From Phoronis australis (lineage: Eukaryota; Animalia; Phoronida), in assembly GCA_002633005.1 (NCBI GenBank), contig NMRA01000090.1, positions 571,986-635,985 on the forward strand: a DNA stretch of 64,000 nt. Reading direction: 5' to 3'. Position numbers and translations under genes: made by a program. Shown here in pieces: positions 25,592 to 39,500 of the stretch. Each line of letters starts with the position of its first letter. Position 1 is the first letter of the stretch. Under the pieces are notes generated by a model, which was not told where the DNA came from, searched no databases, and worked only from the letters and a program-made list of their open reading frames with translations.

Positions 25592-26692
25592 CGAGGATTG
25601 AGGATCCTTTCCAGCAACGATGTCATTTGCTACAAGCTCATAGGACTTGAGCAAAATTATTTTCACTCTCTCAAACTAGAGATTGTTTAGCGATCGCTCA
25701 GATTTGTCACAGTTACACAAAAGTAGCACCCTCCTCTTGACGAAAGGTTTCTCTGAGAATGAATTTCTATAGTGACGAATAACTAATGATGTTTGGTCGA
25801 GAAATAATCTACTGTAAGAAGTAATGAGAAACTACATATTGAATACCAGGTCTGTATGGTGGGTAGTAGATCAATCGTGTCTTCCCAGTTGGTACTAAGT
25901 CAACATCAGTATTAACTCGTTGTTCGATGCCGCTAAACGAGAGGAAATTTAAGCTGGGTTTCCACAGACATACATGTACATCGTATCTGTATCAATGCTA
26001 CTGATACAATTTACGGATTTTTGCACCAAGCAAATTATTAACTTGCACGTCCCCTGAAATAAGCGATTCTCCACGCAAGTACACATTTGTCACGTTGATT
26101 TATTATCACCTATTATGAATGTGGAAGTCGTCAACATATTACTTCCGGAGAGCGCCCAATTCACAGCCATTTTTTCCACCTATAGAGACAAGAGTCCTCG
26201 CGAGCTTGTGGGTAAATGTGAGGTGCATTACTTGAACACTTCCATACGATTCCCGGCTAGTCAGTAGTATTCAACTGTTTCAATTGGCTCGTGGCTGCCA
26301 TTGCTTGAAAAAAAACGATGACTGGTTGCGAAAGATCATTTTTGACTGTTTAAAATACAGTGACAAAATGTGTGTATTAAGAAATATATTTTTGCTGTCA
26401 ACGAAGTGGGATTTATTGGAATATCTGCGCTTCTGCTTATTTGTTACTCGTTCCACGTTTAAATCTTGGATATGCAAATAACTATGCAACAGTACCTGTG
26501 ACCAAAGCAATTTGGGTTGAAGTTACTAAAACGGGTGTCAGTATGTAAAGTGTATTGCGGAATTTGCATTCATTATTTTATTGTTACTCAAGTAGATGAA
26601 AATACATTAAATACAAATATTTAGCCCAAAAGGCGAACCATTTTATCCAGGCTTGTAACTTACTTAAGCAAAATATTATAAAGTTTATCATC

Positions 26693-27336
26693 TCAGACTA
26701 AACGAAAACGATTGTATTCCTACCGGTCGGATAGTAACTGTCTTATCAACAGACTAAATAATAACGATTGTATTCGTACCTGTCGGTCAACTGTTTGATC
26801 ATTATAGACTTTTAAGTACAGTTATTCCCGAGGGGAATTTCAACTTAAAAAAATCTATGTTCACATTTTGAACATATTCCCTGCCTAGTTAGAAATGCAA
26901 ATACGAAACTTTATTTTCATGGGACTATATCGCGATGTCACAAGTGTCCTTGCTGGGTAGTTTCTTTACGCAGTTTGCGGTCTGTTTTAATCTTGATCCC
27001 CGTTCCTCACAATCATATCTTGTTAAGTATCCCTTAATCTTCCCCAGTGTGTCTCACTATCACAAGTGAGATGACATTGAGAAACACAGAAGTACGGACG
27101 GATACGATACGGGATGACATGAAGTAACAGATAAACATTGACGAATACAACAGGGAGACATGGAGTGACAGAAGGGTGTGGATAGACACGATATAGGATG
27201 TCATGATGTGATAGAGAAGTATGGGTGAATAGGACACAACAGACAGAAACACTGATCTGGAGGGAAAGAGATGGGAGGGTGACATATGTAAAGGGTAGTA
27301 AGGACGGTGCATGTGATTGGTCACGTAATAAGAACG
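26693..27336 (+). repeat. Segment homologous to the last intron of the adhesion GPCR (42847-42990 and 43763-44150); the last ~270 bp are inverted
   Basis: Near-identical run CAGTTTGCG.TCTGTTTTAATCTTGATCCCCGTTC.TCACAAT.ATATCTTGTTAAGTATCCCTT at ~26971 and ~43826. Confidence 0.85.
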
Positions 27337-30300
27337 CCGAAGTTTTTTCGACTGAGGTAAAAGCAGGAACAGTTTACCTCTTGACATGTTTACACAATCA
27401 CGCGTTTGGATTAATTGTTTCGGTTACACCCAATGTTTGAAGTGTTAAGATTAACCGGAGTCCACAGCCCTGACATAACTTTCAAAACAGTACTATGTAA
27501 ATGTGACAGTTATTCTCTTTTAATTTTCTGATTTTAATTTTTACTTCACTGGTTCCTGAAACGTCAAAATGATGTCATTAAACAAGCGATTAGCGGCCAG
27601 ATTTCTTCGGAGCAATAGGCCTAGCTGGATATAATGTGCCCACATTTTGAAAACCATTTCAATTCCCATTATTCAGTGGAGAAAACTTGTTTTGAAAACG
27701 CTGCACATTGCTGTATGATATCTGACCATTACCATCTTTAGCCCTAAAGAATACTGAGAAACCCCTCGAAATGTTACAGCATAAGGACATTCCCAGCTGG
27801 TAAAAAGTCTTCTTGAAACCTTAACAGCTCTTTTTTAAATCCAGCATTACCTGTGACTTTACATCTCGTTGTTAAATCAAGCACTACTGCAGCAGACTTG
27901 CCACCTAGTCTCACATAATTTACGATAAGGAGGCGAAGAACGGTTGGGTTGAAGCATGATTTAGTCCCTTATTTAAAAACTGTCATATAATCACCTTGAC
28001 GATTTTGTGTCCATGGTTAGCAACGGACTCTTCTCTTATGGAACCATTCAGCTCACGCAGAAACAGTAATTAAGAAGGAATGGTGTAAGTGCAGCAAATT
28101 TCCCTCAATCCCTACACTTCTGCTGCACCGGAAGGGAGATGCCAAGCCTAGATAGAAAGATCGAAGTTAGGAAATCACAGGAACAACACTGAACTTAGCA
28201 CAAGTATAAATTATTGTTTAATTCATTTCATCCTGAAGGCATATTCACGTGCTAGCATGATTCAGTTAAAGTCGAGTCATGCCCTTAAATTAGTGTTTGT
28301 GGTGTATATATCCTTTGTTTATTTTAGTACTTATAATTTAGATGTACAATTGAAAGAAAAGTTGCATGTCAACATAAATTGCCTTTTATACAAACAAGTC
28401 AAAGTACAAACTTGTCTATGTGCAGCTTGTCTCTACATCAAAAGAAATATGATTCACATATTGCTCTATTGCAAAGCTACTCATGGATATTGTTTTGCTT
28501 TCAATCAGAAACTCACCTGCTTTGCAATGAGGGTCATTAGAGTGAACTCTGAAAAGTTAACAACCACTCAGAGTTTTGACAATCAAACGAATTGGTAAGA
28601 ATCCGTTGCAGCGTCACGTGATCACTGATACAAAACAAGACATAAATAATTTTTAACTCCGAATCCAATGTTTTTATTCCCAGGAAATCAAAATAAGTCC
28701 TACCTCTTTTTTAATCTGCACCCGGAATTTTTCTTTTGAGATTGCATGATGTAACACCACTGTTTTTCTTGTATGTACGAAACATCCCTCGAATACAACC
28801 ACCTGCCAGTACACTGTAATTGGAATGGGGCCGGGGAAAAGATTCCGTCTACTTCCGGCACTGATGCTGTAGGTCCTTGTCACATACAGTGTATTGGCTG
28901 TACTACTGGTATTAGTAGCAGCTGAGGACACGGTGACAGAGCTAGAAGACACAGGATACATATATAAACAGCAGCATTGCACACTGCATTGCTGACGCAT
29001 CACAAGTCAGTGTAATGTTTAATCCTTAACCCAATTGTGGCAGCAGAGAATTTATCTATCCGAATAAAATTTCCGTAAACATTTTCTCACGTAGAGTAAG
29101 ACCTCACTAAGAGAGAAACAGTACGTCGACCTCGCTCTTATTCACCCTTTTCAAAGCTATTCGATCCGCAATATTCCGCTTTAGTTCTCGGAAGAGGCCA
29201 GACGACTCCTCAAATGTTGCTTCTCTAAACGGAGCCGAAATACATGTATACAGTACGATTCCCACAGAACGTTTCTTTCTGAATAAAGTCCGTCACAATG
29301 CGACTCTTTTGTCACTTTACCTATTACAGACTCACGTAGGCCTAACGACACCATTTCGATATAACAACTGACGAGAATCACGAAAACTCAATTGCAACAT
29401 GGGAATTTGATATAGACCTAATTCACGCGACAGTCATTAAATCCCAAAGCGAGGCTCACTACGATAAACAAAGCGGAAGTTGACATTGCGTGAGTTAAAT
29501 GGCCGGTCTTTCGAGTACAACCTGGATATCAAATCTTAAAAATGTGTCGATAATTAACCACAGAGACGCAGAAAAATACATTAAAGAACAAGTCAATGCA
29601 CCAAAGAGTTGTCTGACGAAAGTGTATAAGTTTTTTTTTCCGAAAAACTAGGTTCGAAACATGAAAAGTAAATGTGACCAAATTACAACGATCGGTGGTT
29701 ACGTATTAGGTATTATGCTGAATGCAGGGTTGCGTTTCTTCTTGTGATTTGTTGATAAATATGCCTTCTACACGAACCAGCTTGTCCGCTCTTATTGTTG
29801 ACGAGTTGAAGATATATTCGGCAGCATCGCATTTTGCTGTGATGATAACTATCTGGTTAAATTTGTTAATCAAGAACATTAACATCAAGAATTGCCTAGG
29901 TCCTGGGACGAGCAGTTGATTTGTCATTGATCTGAAAAAATAATTGATGTTATTAAATACATTTTTATTAAAATAAAAAGCTCGTAATTGAAAATAAAAT
30001 TTATTTGACCGTCAATTATGCTTTGTTGGTTTTAATAATTAAGTTACGTCTATTGCATGTGTTCGGTTTCAAATATCAATCTGGACCAAGTTGAATTTGA
30101 AAATTAAAACACCTAATTTGTTCGCCCGAAGCATAACTTCGTTTTAGAGCTCAGTTTCAGTTAACTGGGAAGAGCAAGCATAGTTATCATGTTTCTTCAG
30201 GGGCCTCGTTCATCGGGAGAGGGAAAGATGCCTGTGCCTTCTGAGAGAGGGGAATTTTTTTCACCGAGTGAGGGGAAAATCTAGCTCCCGATCACCATCA

Positions 30301-33300
30301 ATAGTACCCCGCCCTGTTGCAAGCTCTCATAGAAAATGTCTCAAGTATTATTTTGGGCTCTTTCAAATTGTCACTTGTGTGGTTACAGCCGATTTGAACT
30401 TCGGAGAAAATTTTCAATCACTAGGGAATTTTTAGGCCTGAATCGTCCGGTGAATTTTGCGTGATATTTTAATATTTTTAGAGGGGAATAGAGCCCGGTT
30501 ATTCGGCCCCAAAATCGAGGGCTTGAGGGCTCTGTCCTTTTTGGAAAAAAAGATGCATCATGTTTCAACCCGTAGTAATCAAAACACAACCTCTGGCTGG
30601 CCGAAGATTCTGCGGTCCCGGCGTGGCAACCGAGATGCGACAGAATACGACTTAACTTTTCGAAAGCATTTATAAACTTTACACGGACATATTTTCCTCC
30701 TTCGCAGCCTATGGCAATGACCCAACGCTTCCAAATCTCAGCGTCCTTAGCCGGAGATTGTAAAACAGACAGTTGAGTGTTCGTATTTTTCCTAGCCGTT
30801 CGATCAACTATGCCGATAAACCAACAGAGCTATCGTAGTGAGCCTCGTTTTGGAACTCGCCTCCTGTCGGCGTGAATTACGTCTATTCTCTTGAGAGAGT
30901 AGTTGACTACTGCGCCATCTACACATCGACGGAAAAACGTAAATACCAGTAACTGTGACTGCGTTTGGGAAACTGCGATTGCGTGTGCTAAAATCGATAT
31001 TTTCAAAGTACAATTATAGTGCTGTTTAATGTTGGTGTACTTCTGTAAAAAATGCTTTACCCTTTCTGATTATACCATCTGTTTCCTTTTAAGGAATAAC
31101 TGCAAGCCATTTGAAAGATTTTTAGAATAAGAGCCCATTAACGATGAGAAACTGTTTTGTCACTCCACCAACACAAAAACCAGTCAATGGTACGCACTAT
31201 GACATTTTTTTGTTTCAACATAACACCTTAATCGTAACTTGAAGCGAAAAAGAAACAATTCAGTCTAAAAGTTCAGAATTTTGGGTTATGACAAGCCAAA
31301 TTATCGATCGCAGTCTCAAGCAATCACTGAACTGAGAAATCTTCCCAAGCACAGCAATATCTAAATCCAATGAAGAAGCGGTCATTACGTTTATAGCGGT
31401 AAGTGCTCTTAATCGGCAAAGTTTGATTTTGACAGACGGCGGGCTCACAATCGCTCAAATGTTGTTTATATTTCAGACATCAGACAACTCCTACGCTAAC
31501 GTTTGAGGTTTTGTTACCCCAACGCCTAAGCCACACTGTGACTATCCCGTCCTAAACAATCACATTAATTAATGCTCATAGCTTAGCCGGGATGCTGAAG
31601 AAAACCTATTCGCTTTTCTCTTATCAAAAAGCATTAATTTGAAAAATTCAAAGACAGCTACTATTTACTTTTCCATTATAAAAACAGCCATGCTGCTCTT
31701 TGGCCTTACTAAGTGTTCGTTTCCGGAGATTGAAACTCGTACGCTAAACAGGCGCGATGGTTTTTTTGACAGCGATACAGGATCAGTCAAGCGTACGTTA
31801 TAGCGACTACACTGTAGCTCACTTCAATCTATGCCTTTCATGTGCTAGTAGAATGCTGACCTACATGGACTAGACTATAACTCGGTCGAATTGGACGCTC
31901 TGTTTGTCACTTTTGAAGTTTTAGTAAGCCTACAAAGCTGGGACCGAACAGGTCGGCCTATGGTGGTAATTCAGTTCAGTAGCAATCTGTGTTATTTAAA
32001 ACGTAAATTCATTTTCAATGTGTACAAATATCGAATGGATTGAACTGTAGGCCTAGACAAATAGGGTATCTTGTTCAAACAGGAAAGTTTTGACTATCAG
32101 CCCTCGATCGGGTTATCGGCCCTTAATGCCCAGATACATGTGCGGCGTAGCACTGAAAAACGTGGGGGTTATAGCCCCCCAGCCCCCTATGGTGCGTTGC
32201 CCATGAGATAACTTGTTGGCGGTGGCGCGACTCCACTACAACGACTCACAGGGGTCGACGACGATTACTGACGTCGGGCCAACGTGATTTTGTCCATCGG
32301 TTGAACGTCGTCAGGACGTTGCACTCGGGCTGTCGGTGAAACGACGTTGGTCCGACACAGGGCACTGACGACTAATAACCGACGACGAGCCGACCTTAGA
32401 GTTTTCAGCCACCTGCGCGTCTCGCCTGCTCTCAAACACGAGACACTGCCACGCAATCAATGGGTAGTGACGAACAATGTTCAATTGAATGAACACGGTA
32501 TGCAAACGGCAAATTGTTGACAGAATGCAAATATTCTACGTAAAGGCATTTTTGTGTTCTTTTAGTATTTTATTATGCCATATCACAATATCGAAAACGA
32601 AAAGTAAACTAGAAAACATATAAAAAATGAGACTATTGGCACTCAAGCTATTTTTTAAAGACGCATATCTCATTAGAGCCTAGAATATGCAAATTTGTAG
32701 CAAGCGCCATCTAGTTACTTCGAAGAGAACTGTGCGTAAAATTATAATAAGAAACATTTCACCCATAAACAGTGCATTCTATCATAACTTAACAAATACT
32801 ACAACTGAAAAAAGTGATTACACAGATTTAGTTATGATATCAAAAACTCAATAAAATTGATCATTGCTCTGTTAGTGGAAGGCTCTCAAAGTGGAGGTTT
32901 GGCAGTAATTACTGTTTCACTGCAAAACAGTAAACATACAGAGAGAGAAATGAGCAAATTAGTTTTGACGATCAGTCCTCAATCAGCTATTGTCCCTCAT
33001 CGGCTCATCGAACCAATGGCCCTGTCAACGGACTATCGAACCGATTTAACTAATTTTTGGTTTTTATGTGCGCAAAATGGTCTACTACGACCTCGAAATA
33101 GTGTTTTGAGGCTAGGAATATTGAATATGTTTACCTTATTTAATTATGCGTCGTCCGGACGCAACTACGCCCAGACAGTGAACTACAAAATCACTCGTTT
33201 TTTGCGTAAGCAGGGGTTGAGTCATCCTGATCAAGGATATTCATGAATTGTTATTAAGAATAAGATGTATGCGGCGGACATTTGCCTACAACTGGAGTTG

Positions 33301-33521
33301 GACCAGGGCAGTTCTAAGTGACCCGCTTTTTGTCATCAAATCACTGAATGTGCTAGCGTACAATTTACCTGTCAGCCGACAAGCCCAACTCAAATGGGAG
33401 TGAACTGTGCACCCGGGATTAAAATCGCAGCTTCGAGTGTAGCTTTTTCAGTTATCGATTCCGCCTTCAAGTTCCCGGATGCGAAAATATTTTGGAACAA
33501 CAATAGGTTACAATGACGTTA

Positions 33522-33539
33522 AAATTAGGTCATGTTTAC
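33522..33539 (+). promoter_or_regulatory. Candidate RORE (AAATTAGGTCA) plus Fox motif (TGTTTAC) upstream of GDAP1-like B
   Basis: Matches WAWNTRGGTCA; the differences from copy A leave the consensus intact. Confidence 0.45.
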
Positions 33540-33596
33540 AGACTACCGGGCTTTTCTCATCTGTAAGCTTTCTTTGGAAGTGGCAGGCCTACTACC

Positions 33597-36500
33597 ATGT
33601 CATTCTCACAAGACGAGACTAATTTGACGCTTTATTTCTTCAGAGAATCATCTTGTTCGCAAAGGGTGAGTTGATTATATGAAAACTTGAGTGCTGCGGT
33701 AAAGTAACTTACTAAATATGGCATATTAGTGTTCCACGTATATACATCTCGGCAATGCTGCATTAATCACAATACGAAGGTAATGTTGAATCAGTTTTAT
33801 AGTACGCATATTTACGGATACAACTTGTATGAAGAAAACAGGCATAGCACAATTTCGCACGAACAGATTAGTGTGTCGTCTTGTTTCAAACGTCACATAA
33901 TATGCTCCTCGTGAAGAAAGTTTTCAAATCTCCTTTAGGAAAACGGACAGACGTTTCCATTTGTTGCCATGCACTATATGTTGTAGGCATGTAACAGTGC
34001 CATTCAGTAGGTTGCTCCTTAGCCTATAAAAAGCTGGGTAAGGGGCATACTATGACCACAATTTTAGAATCTAAAGTGTGCGAGAGCATTCTGAATCTAT
34101 AGTTGGATTTTTCCTAGCACTTGCAAGAGCAAAACTGAAAAAAAAAGAAAATGTACGATTTTTTCAAACACTTTATTACAAAAAGTGCTGCTAACACATT
34201 TTCATTTGAAAGGTACTGGCATGTTTGATTGAAAAAGACATCCCGTATACTGGAGTAGAGGTGAACATCTGGGCTCTGGAGAACTATGAGCCATGGTACG
34301 CCCGGATCAATCCGCGAATGGAGGTGCCAGCTTTGAAGCACGGCGACAAGATTATCATAGACTCAGCAAGGATCATAGACTACCTGGAGCAGCAATTCCG
34401 TACGTAAAGTTCATGGGAGTCGATCTCTGGTTTTGAAATTATGTGATCACGGGATGCCAATAGCTATTGTAGACGGGGCGTACTTACACTTCTTATATAG
34501 GCAGGAAATATTGTGGGCTGTCAGACGCTTCCTCTTTGTAACAACGATTCAAAATTGAAAGAATGCATGCCCGGCGTACTTTCAACTCATTCATCTCGCG
34601 CTACTTAAAATGACACTACAAGTCATCAAATTGCAAACCAATGGCGTCTTGTAGGTATTTGTTGTCTGTTGGATGAAACAGTCCTAAATAGGTAGGCCTA
34701 CTCGACTAAGTTCTCCAAGTCTTCGGTACGCTTGTGCCTCTGTTAGCTCAAAAAAGAGTTCCCCATAGACTAATGACATTTTCTTATAATAAATTTGAAA
34801 ACTGAGTCCTTATTTCAATGGAAATGAATGGTGACTCACTCCTTAAATTAGGGGTGGCTGCATGAAAAGTCTCTATTTTTATAACATCTGAGAATTCCAA
34901 GTGGACTTTGCCCTCGGTGTGTATTCTGCTAAAGTTGACTTAGTCAAGCAGATATAACCAATTTAGAAAGAAAAATCTCAGTGATTGCACAAGTCCGCAA
35001 AGGTAGTGAAAAGTTAAGGAACTTGGATGAGTCCCGAGTTTGGGATTGTTTCATGCAACCGGACGATCGTGTGAAAATTGATTACATAACTGTAATTCAA
35101 CGCCACTCTAACAATACGAATCATCCATTACAGCAAATCACCCAATGAAAGAAGTTTCAGAAAACTACGATCGAATGTTGAAAATTCTAACTGAACCGGA
35201 CAAACGGGTGAGCAAACTGCCGTTCATTGTAGCCTTGACATACGGCGCGTTCGCCTACCCGGAATATACGGAGAACTGTCAGATGTCGTTCCTAGTGTTG
35301 CGATTCAAACGAGGTGAGCACGACTCCGTTATTTGTAGAACTAAAGCAATCGTTGTCTGGTGCTTCTGCCATTTGAGCCAGGTCATTGGCTCCAACAATG
35401 ACGGTGCACCATAGGGGGTTAGGGGTGCTCAATCCTCCCCTTATTTCAATGCTGGACCACGCATTGGCGTGGACGGCGCGCACCACAGCGTGCTGTGGGC
35501 TTTTGCCCCCACTTATTTCAGTGGTGTGCCCCCCAAACAAATATTTAAAAAAACGGAATTGACACTTTCCATTCTAGGACTCAATGAAGAGCAACGTTCA
35601 TGGAAGAATCGTTTGTATGGGAGACATATGGCTTGAGTTAATCAAAATTACCAGAAATTGCTTAGACTATCTTTATTTACTCGATTAATTAATGTTTGAT
35701 GATTGCTGTAACATTGAGGCAAGAATATTACGAATGTTTTTGTGAAAAAGAAGTCTTTTCACTGAATGGAAAAGTGCTTTCAAGATCAAAACATTCAATC
35801 CATTAGCCATTTGTAACTAACAGAATGTAACAACAAAGTTTGTGAGAATATTCCTACCACTATGTTCATTTGTCAAAAAAGATGCAATTACTTCATTACT
35901 ATGCCGAGTGAGATCTCGATTCGTTACTGCTTAACTAGACCAGGCTCTACACGTCGGTTTGACACGGCCTATTGACAAATCTGCCGGGCATGGTCGATTG
36001 TTAGTAGCAAATTTGAGATCAGCTTATGAACGGTAGAGTGGTCGAAATGAAAAGTTAGATCCATTGAGATAGGTTAGTAGGCACCCATGCTTGAAGGAAG
36101 ACATTCTTAAAAGGATACCAAACCCGGTTTTGGCCTAAAAATGGATAATAAAAAGCGACAATCCCATCCAATTCCCTGAAAGAAAATAACCTTAGACAAT
36201 CCTTAATAGTTTGAAGAAAATTTTGAAAACTCCTTTTGAAGTCTGCTAAACGGGAAATCGTGACCTACAATTTTAGCGAATTATAAGGCAACTTTGGATA
36301 AAGACAACTCACCAAAAACCATAATAGCAAATCTGTGACGCAGGAAGCACAAGTTTTTAGTTATTTCCTGCTTTTATCTGTCAACATTGGCATCAATAAT
36401 CATTAGCAGGTGACAACGAGGAGTGGCTAATATCATCAGAACAGGGTTTAGTATCGCCTTCAAAAACTTTGTCTAGCGCATTTAGTTGTGGACATTTATC

Positions 36501-39500
36501 AGATAAATCATCCCTTCAGCCATTAAATGTAAGCTGCTGTGCCTTTCGTGGACGCTAGAATCTGGTGAACACCCAGAATGGGGCAAGACGTTGCGAGATA
36601 TCACCTTGAATTACAAGCAAAGGGCGTGATCAAACTAGCTGCCGTCGCGAGAATCTGGGGTCTACGGAAGTCATTCTCTCAATTTCTGCTCAATAACGGG
36701 AGAAGATATACTGCTACTCTCGCTGACTGTATTAAATAGTGATAAGTGACACATTTTTACCCTCTCAGTCGGTCTTCCATAGCTATTGACGATACATTGG
36801 TTTCCTCTAAATTTATCCTCCATAACTTTTGACGATAGACTACTACTCTCTCAGGGTCTGCTTCAGAATTAGTGGTAATACATCGCTACCTTCCAAGTCT
36901 CTAAACAAGATCAAGTGGCAGTACACTGCTACTGTCTAACTCTCTGCTCAGTAGCCAACGACGAAACACTGTTACTCTCTAAGTCTGGCCTCAATAATGA
37001 GTGCCGCGACAGACAATACACAGCCACTTTCTCTCATGCGCGCAACCGGGACGGAGGTGCTCGGGGAACTCCAACGAGCCCCCCATTTGGCAAAGTGGGC
37101 GAAAATGTCACCCTCGAAGAAACAAAAAAGTAGAAAACGAGACAAAAGACAGAAGTCTACTAAATGACAGGAACTATAAAAATTCGGCGAGTGCACAATT
37201 CATAGCTCTCAACGTGCCCCGTATATTTTAGTAAAAGGACCAGATTCCCAAAAATTCGAGCCCCCATTTTTAAGCTGGGTGGGCGCATGTCTGTGTATCG
37301 AGACGAGTTCCTCTTTCTGCTCAGGGTTACCGCAAACGGATATCCACGAACTCAACTTTCTGTCATACGTAAACGATAACTGATATTGCAGCTCGTACTA
37401 AGACATGAAAATTTGGCCAAAGGTGTATGAACTACATGTAATCGCTAGCTGCGTTCAAATGTTCTCACTCTGACTTAAGCTGACAACTCAGCTCAGTGTT
37501 GGAGGAGACACCTGAGGTCGCTATTTCCTCAGGCATACACCATGACCATGGGTATTCAACAGTAAAGGCATGTTCTCTCAAAAGTTGTTTCGTTTCCGTT
37601 TTAAGCGCAAGGTAGAGCATTGAGACGCTCCAAAACTGGATGGCTAGCACAAAAGGTAAAGAAGTTCATGGAGACCAATCCAGACTTGAGAGGTGTGTAC
37701 CAAGAGAGGATGGAATGTATTCAGTCTAGGATGGATGTGGTAGCAACTAGCAGTGACAGCGATAACTTTCTGACACAAGCATTAGATACGGCCGACAAAC
37801 TATTGCTGGAATGCGAAACACATCTTAGGAGCAGTGAATACGTAATGCCAAGTCCACTGTGGCACCTCTTAGTGGCAGTTATGTTTTTTGCGCCTAATTC
37901 CTCCTAGTGGCAATTCCATTTTTTGTTTTCCTTGGTTTCTCTGGAGTACCTTGACAGATTTTTATGAAATTTAGTCAAGATCTTTGATGACACATACCAG
38001 TTTTTGGATGGATTCGACAAATTTTGTGCCATATAGTGGCCATTTTTATGTTCCAAATAAACACTCGTAGAAGCACATCGTCTGCGGTGCATTCGTGGGC
38101 GCATTTCCACTCTCCGTGTTGCCCTTGTTTATTTACAGAAAGAATAATTCAAAGGACCAGTTTTTCACTGATTGTACACACGTTTGAAGGGCAATGCTTT
38201 ATCTTTTGAAGACCTAACGGAGATTCATGAACGACCGGAAGAATTCCATTAAATGATCGTGACGTGTATTATAATATTTTAACCTTGGTTGAAATGTTAT
38301 AATAAGTCATTTGTGCACTCATCCCTTGTTTTACAAGTTGCCATTTCACGGCTGGACAGGTTATTTCATGCACCGTACAGTCGGTGTTTTCCATTACCCG
38401 GACCCGCGACAAGCACACCATGGCCAGTGCCTTATATCAGTCGAGTCATTTCTCGTGTTGGATACCACACATGTGCACTGGAGTAAATTCTGAGTAATTC
38501 TCAATAATTGCTGAGTAAGTCATGGAGCACTATTGGAAACATTTTTCGTAAATGTCAAGACTGCTACGTAACGTATTTGAAAAAAGTACATTTACTCAGA
38601 TTTATGTGAATCCTTAAGTTCACATATTGCAACCAGTTTGAATGAATAGAATTTGGTTTACAAAGTACATACAATGTAGCTTTCACTTTGTCGACGACAA
38701 CTAGCTTTCTTACTCAAAACCTCAAATTCCTCGATTGGATTGCTACTAATAGTAGGTTTCAAAATGCGCTTCTTTTTAACAGTTTGGTTTTATCGCGCCA
38801 AAGACTTCAATAGCATCTAAAACTAGTTCTCGAGCCTGAGTCAGTCTTGAAGGGATTTGGGTACAGAGTTGATGGTCGCCAATTCACGAGCTGTACTGGA
38901 ATAAGTATAGTTTGACGTAAAAGTCTCAGCAATCTGTTTTATAGATGCAAGTGGTCTGAAATAAAGCTGCATCTCGCTTTGCTTAGGTAGCTAAAACGAA
39001 AATCTACTTAGGCCTTTAACCCTCACTTATTCGCAATATAGACTTCTATTTCCGTTACTAAGAACACCTAAACCATAAGTTACTCTAGAAAATGTTTCAG
39101 CTTGTTAGGGTTGACTAACTAAAATTTCTAAATAAGGAAATGGCCCAGGCACTAATTACCTGCCACTTTAGTTGCTAACGGAAATAGAGTCCTGTCAGTG
39201 TAAGAAATAACAGGAAATCGATTTTATGAGAGTAATATGTCTATTTCGATTTTCATTTTCAGCCACTTGTACAGGTCAAAATTCAACTATTACGATTTCT
39301 TGGATGGAACGTGGCTTCTAAGCCGCTTTAGTAACACGATGCTCCTTACTTACACTATCTTGTATTTCTACTCATCAGGCCAGCGTCAAGACCAGCAGTG
39401 GTTGTGCGGTCCAGCATTTACATTGGTAGATATTTACTTGGTTACCATTATTTCACGACTCAATAAGTGCGGCCTCTATAACAGATTAATGAAGGAGCGT

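Noticed and set aside
27700-29300. Possible relic of duplicated GPCR exons or a transposase
   Set aside because: The frames I read were broken by stops, and no GPCR or DDE motif could be recognised
36676-37030. CRISPR-like repeat/spacer array
   Set aside because: The context is a eukaryotic intron, the junction motifs are short and degenerate, the cores resemble each other, and there are no cas genes
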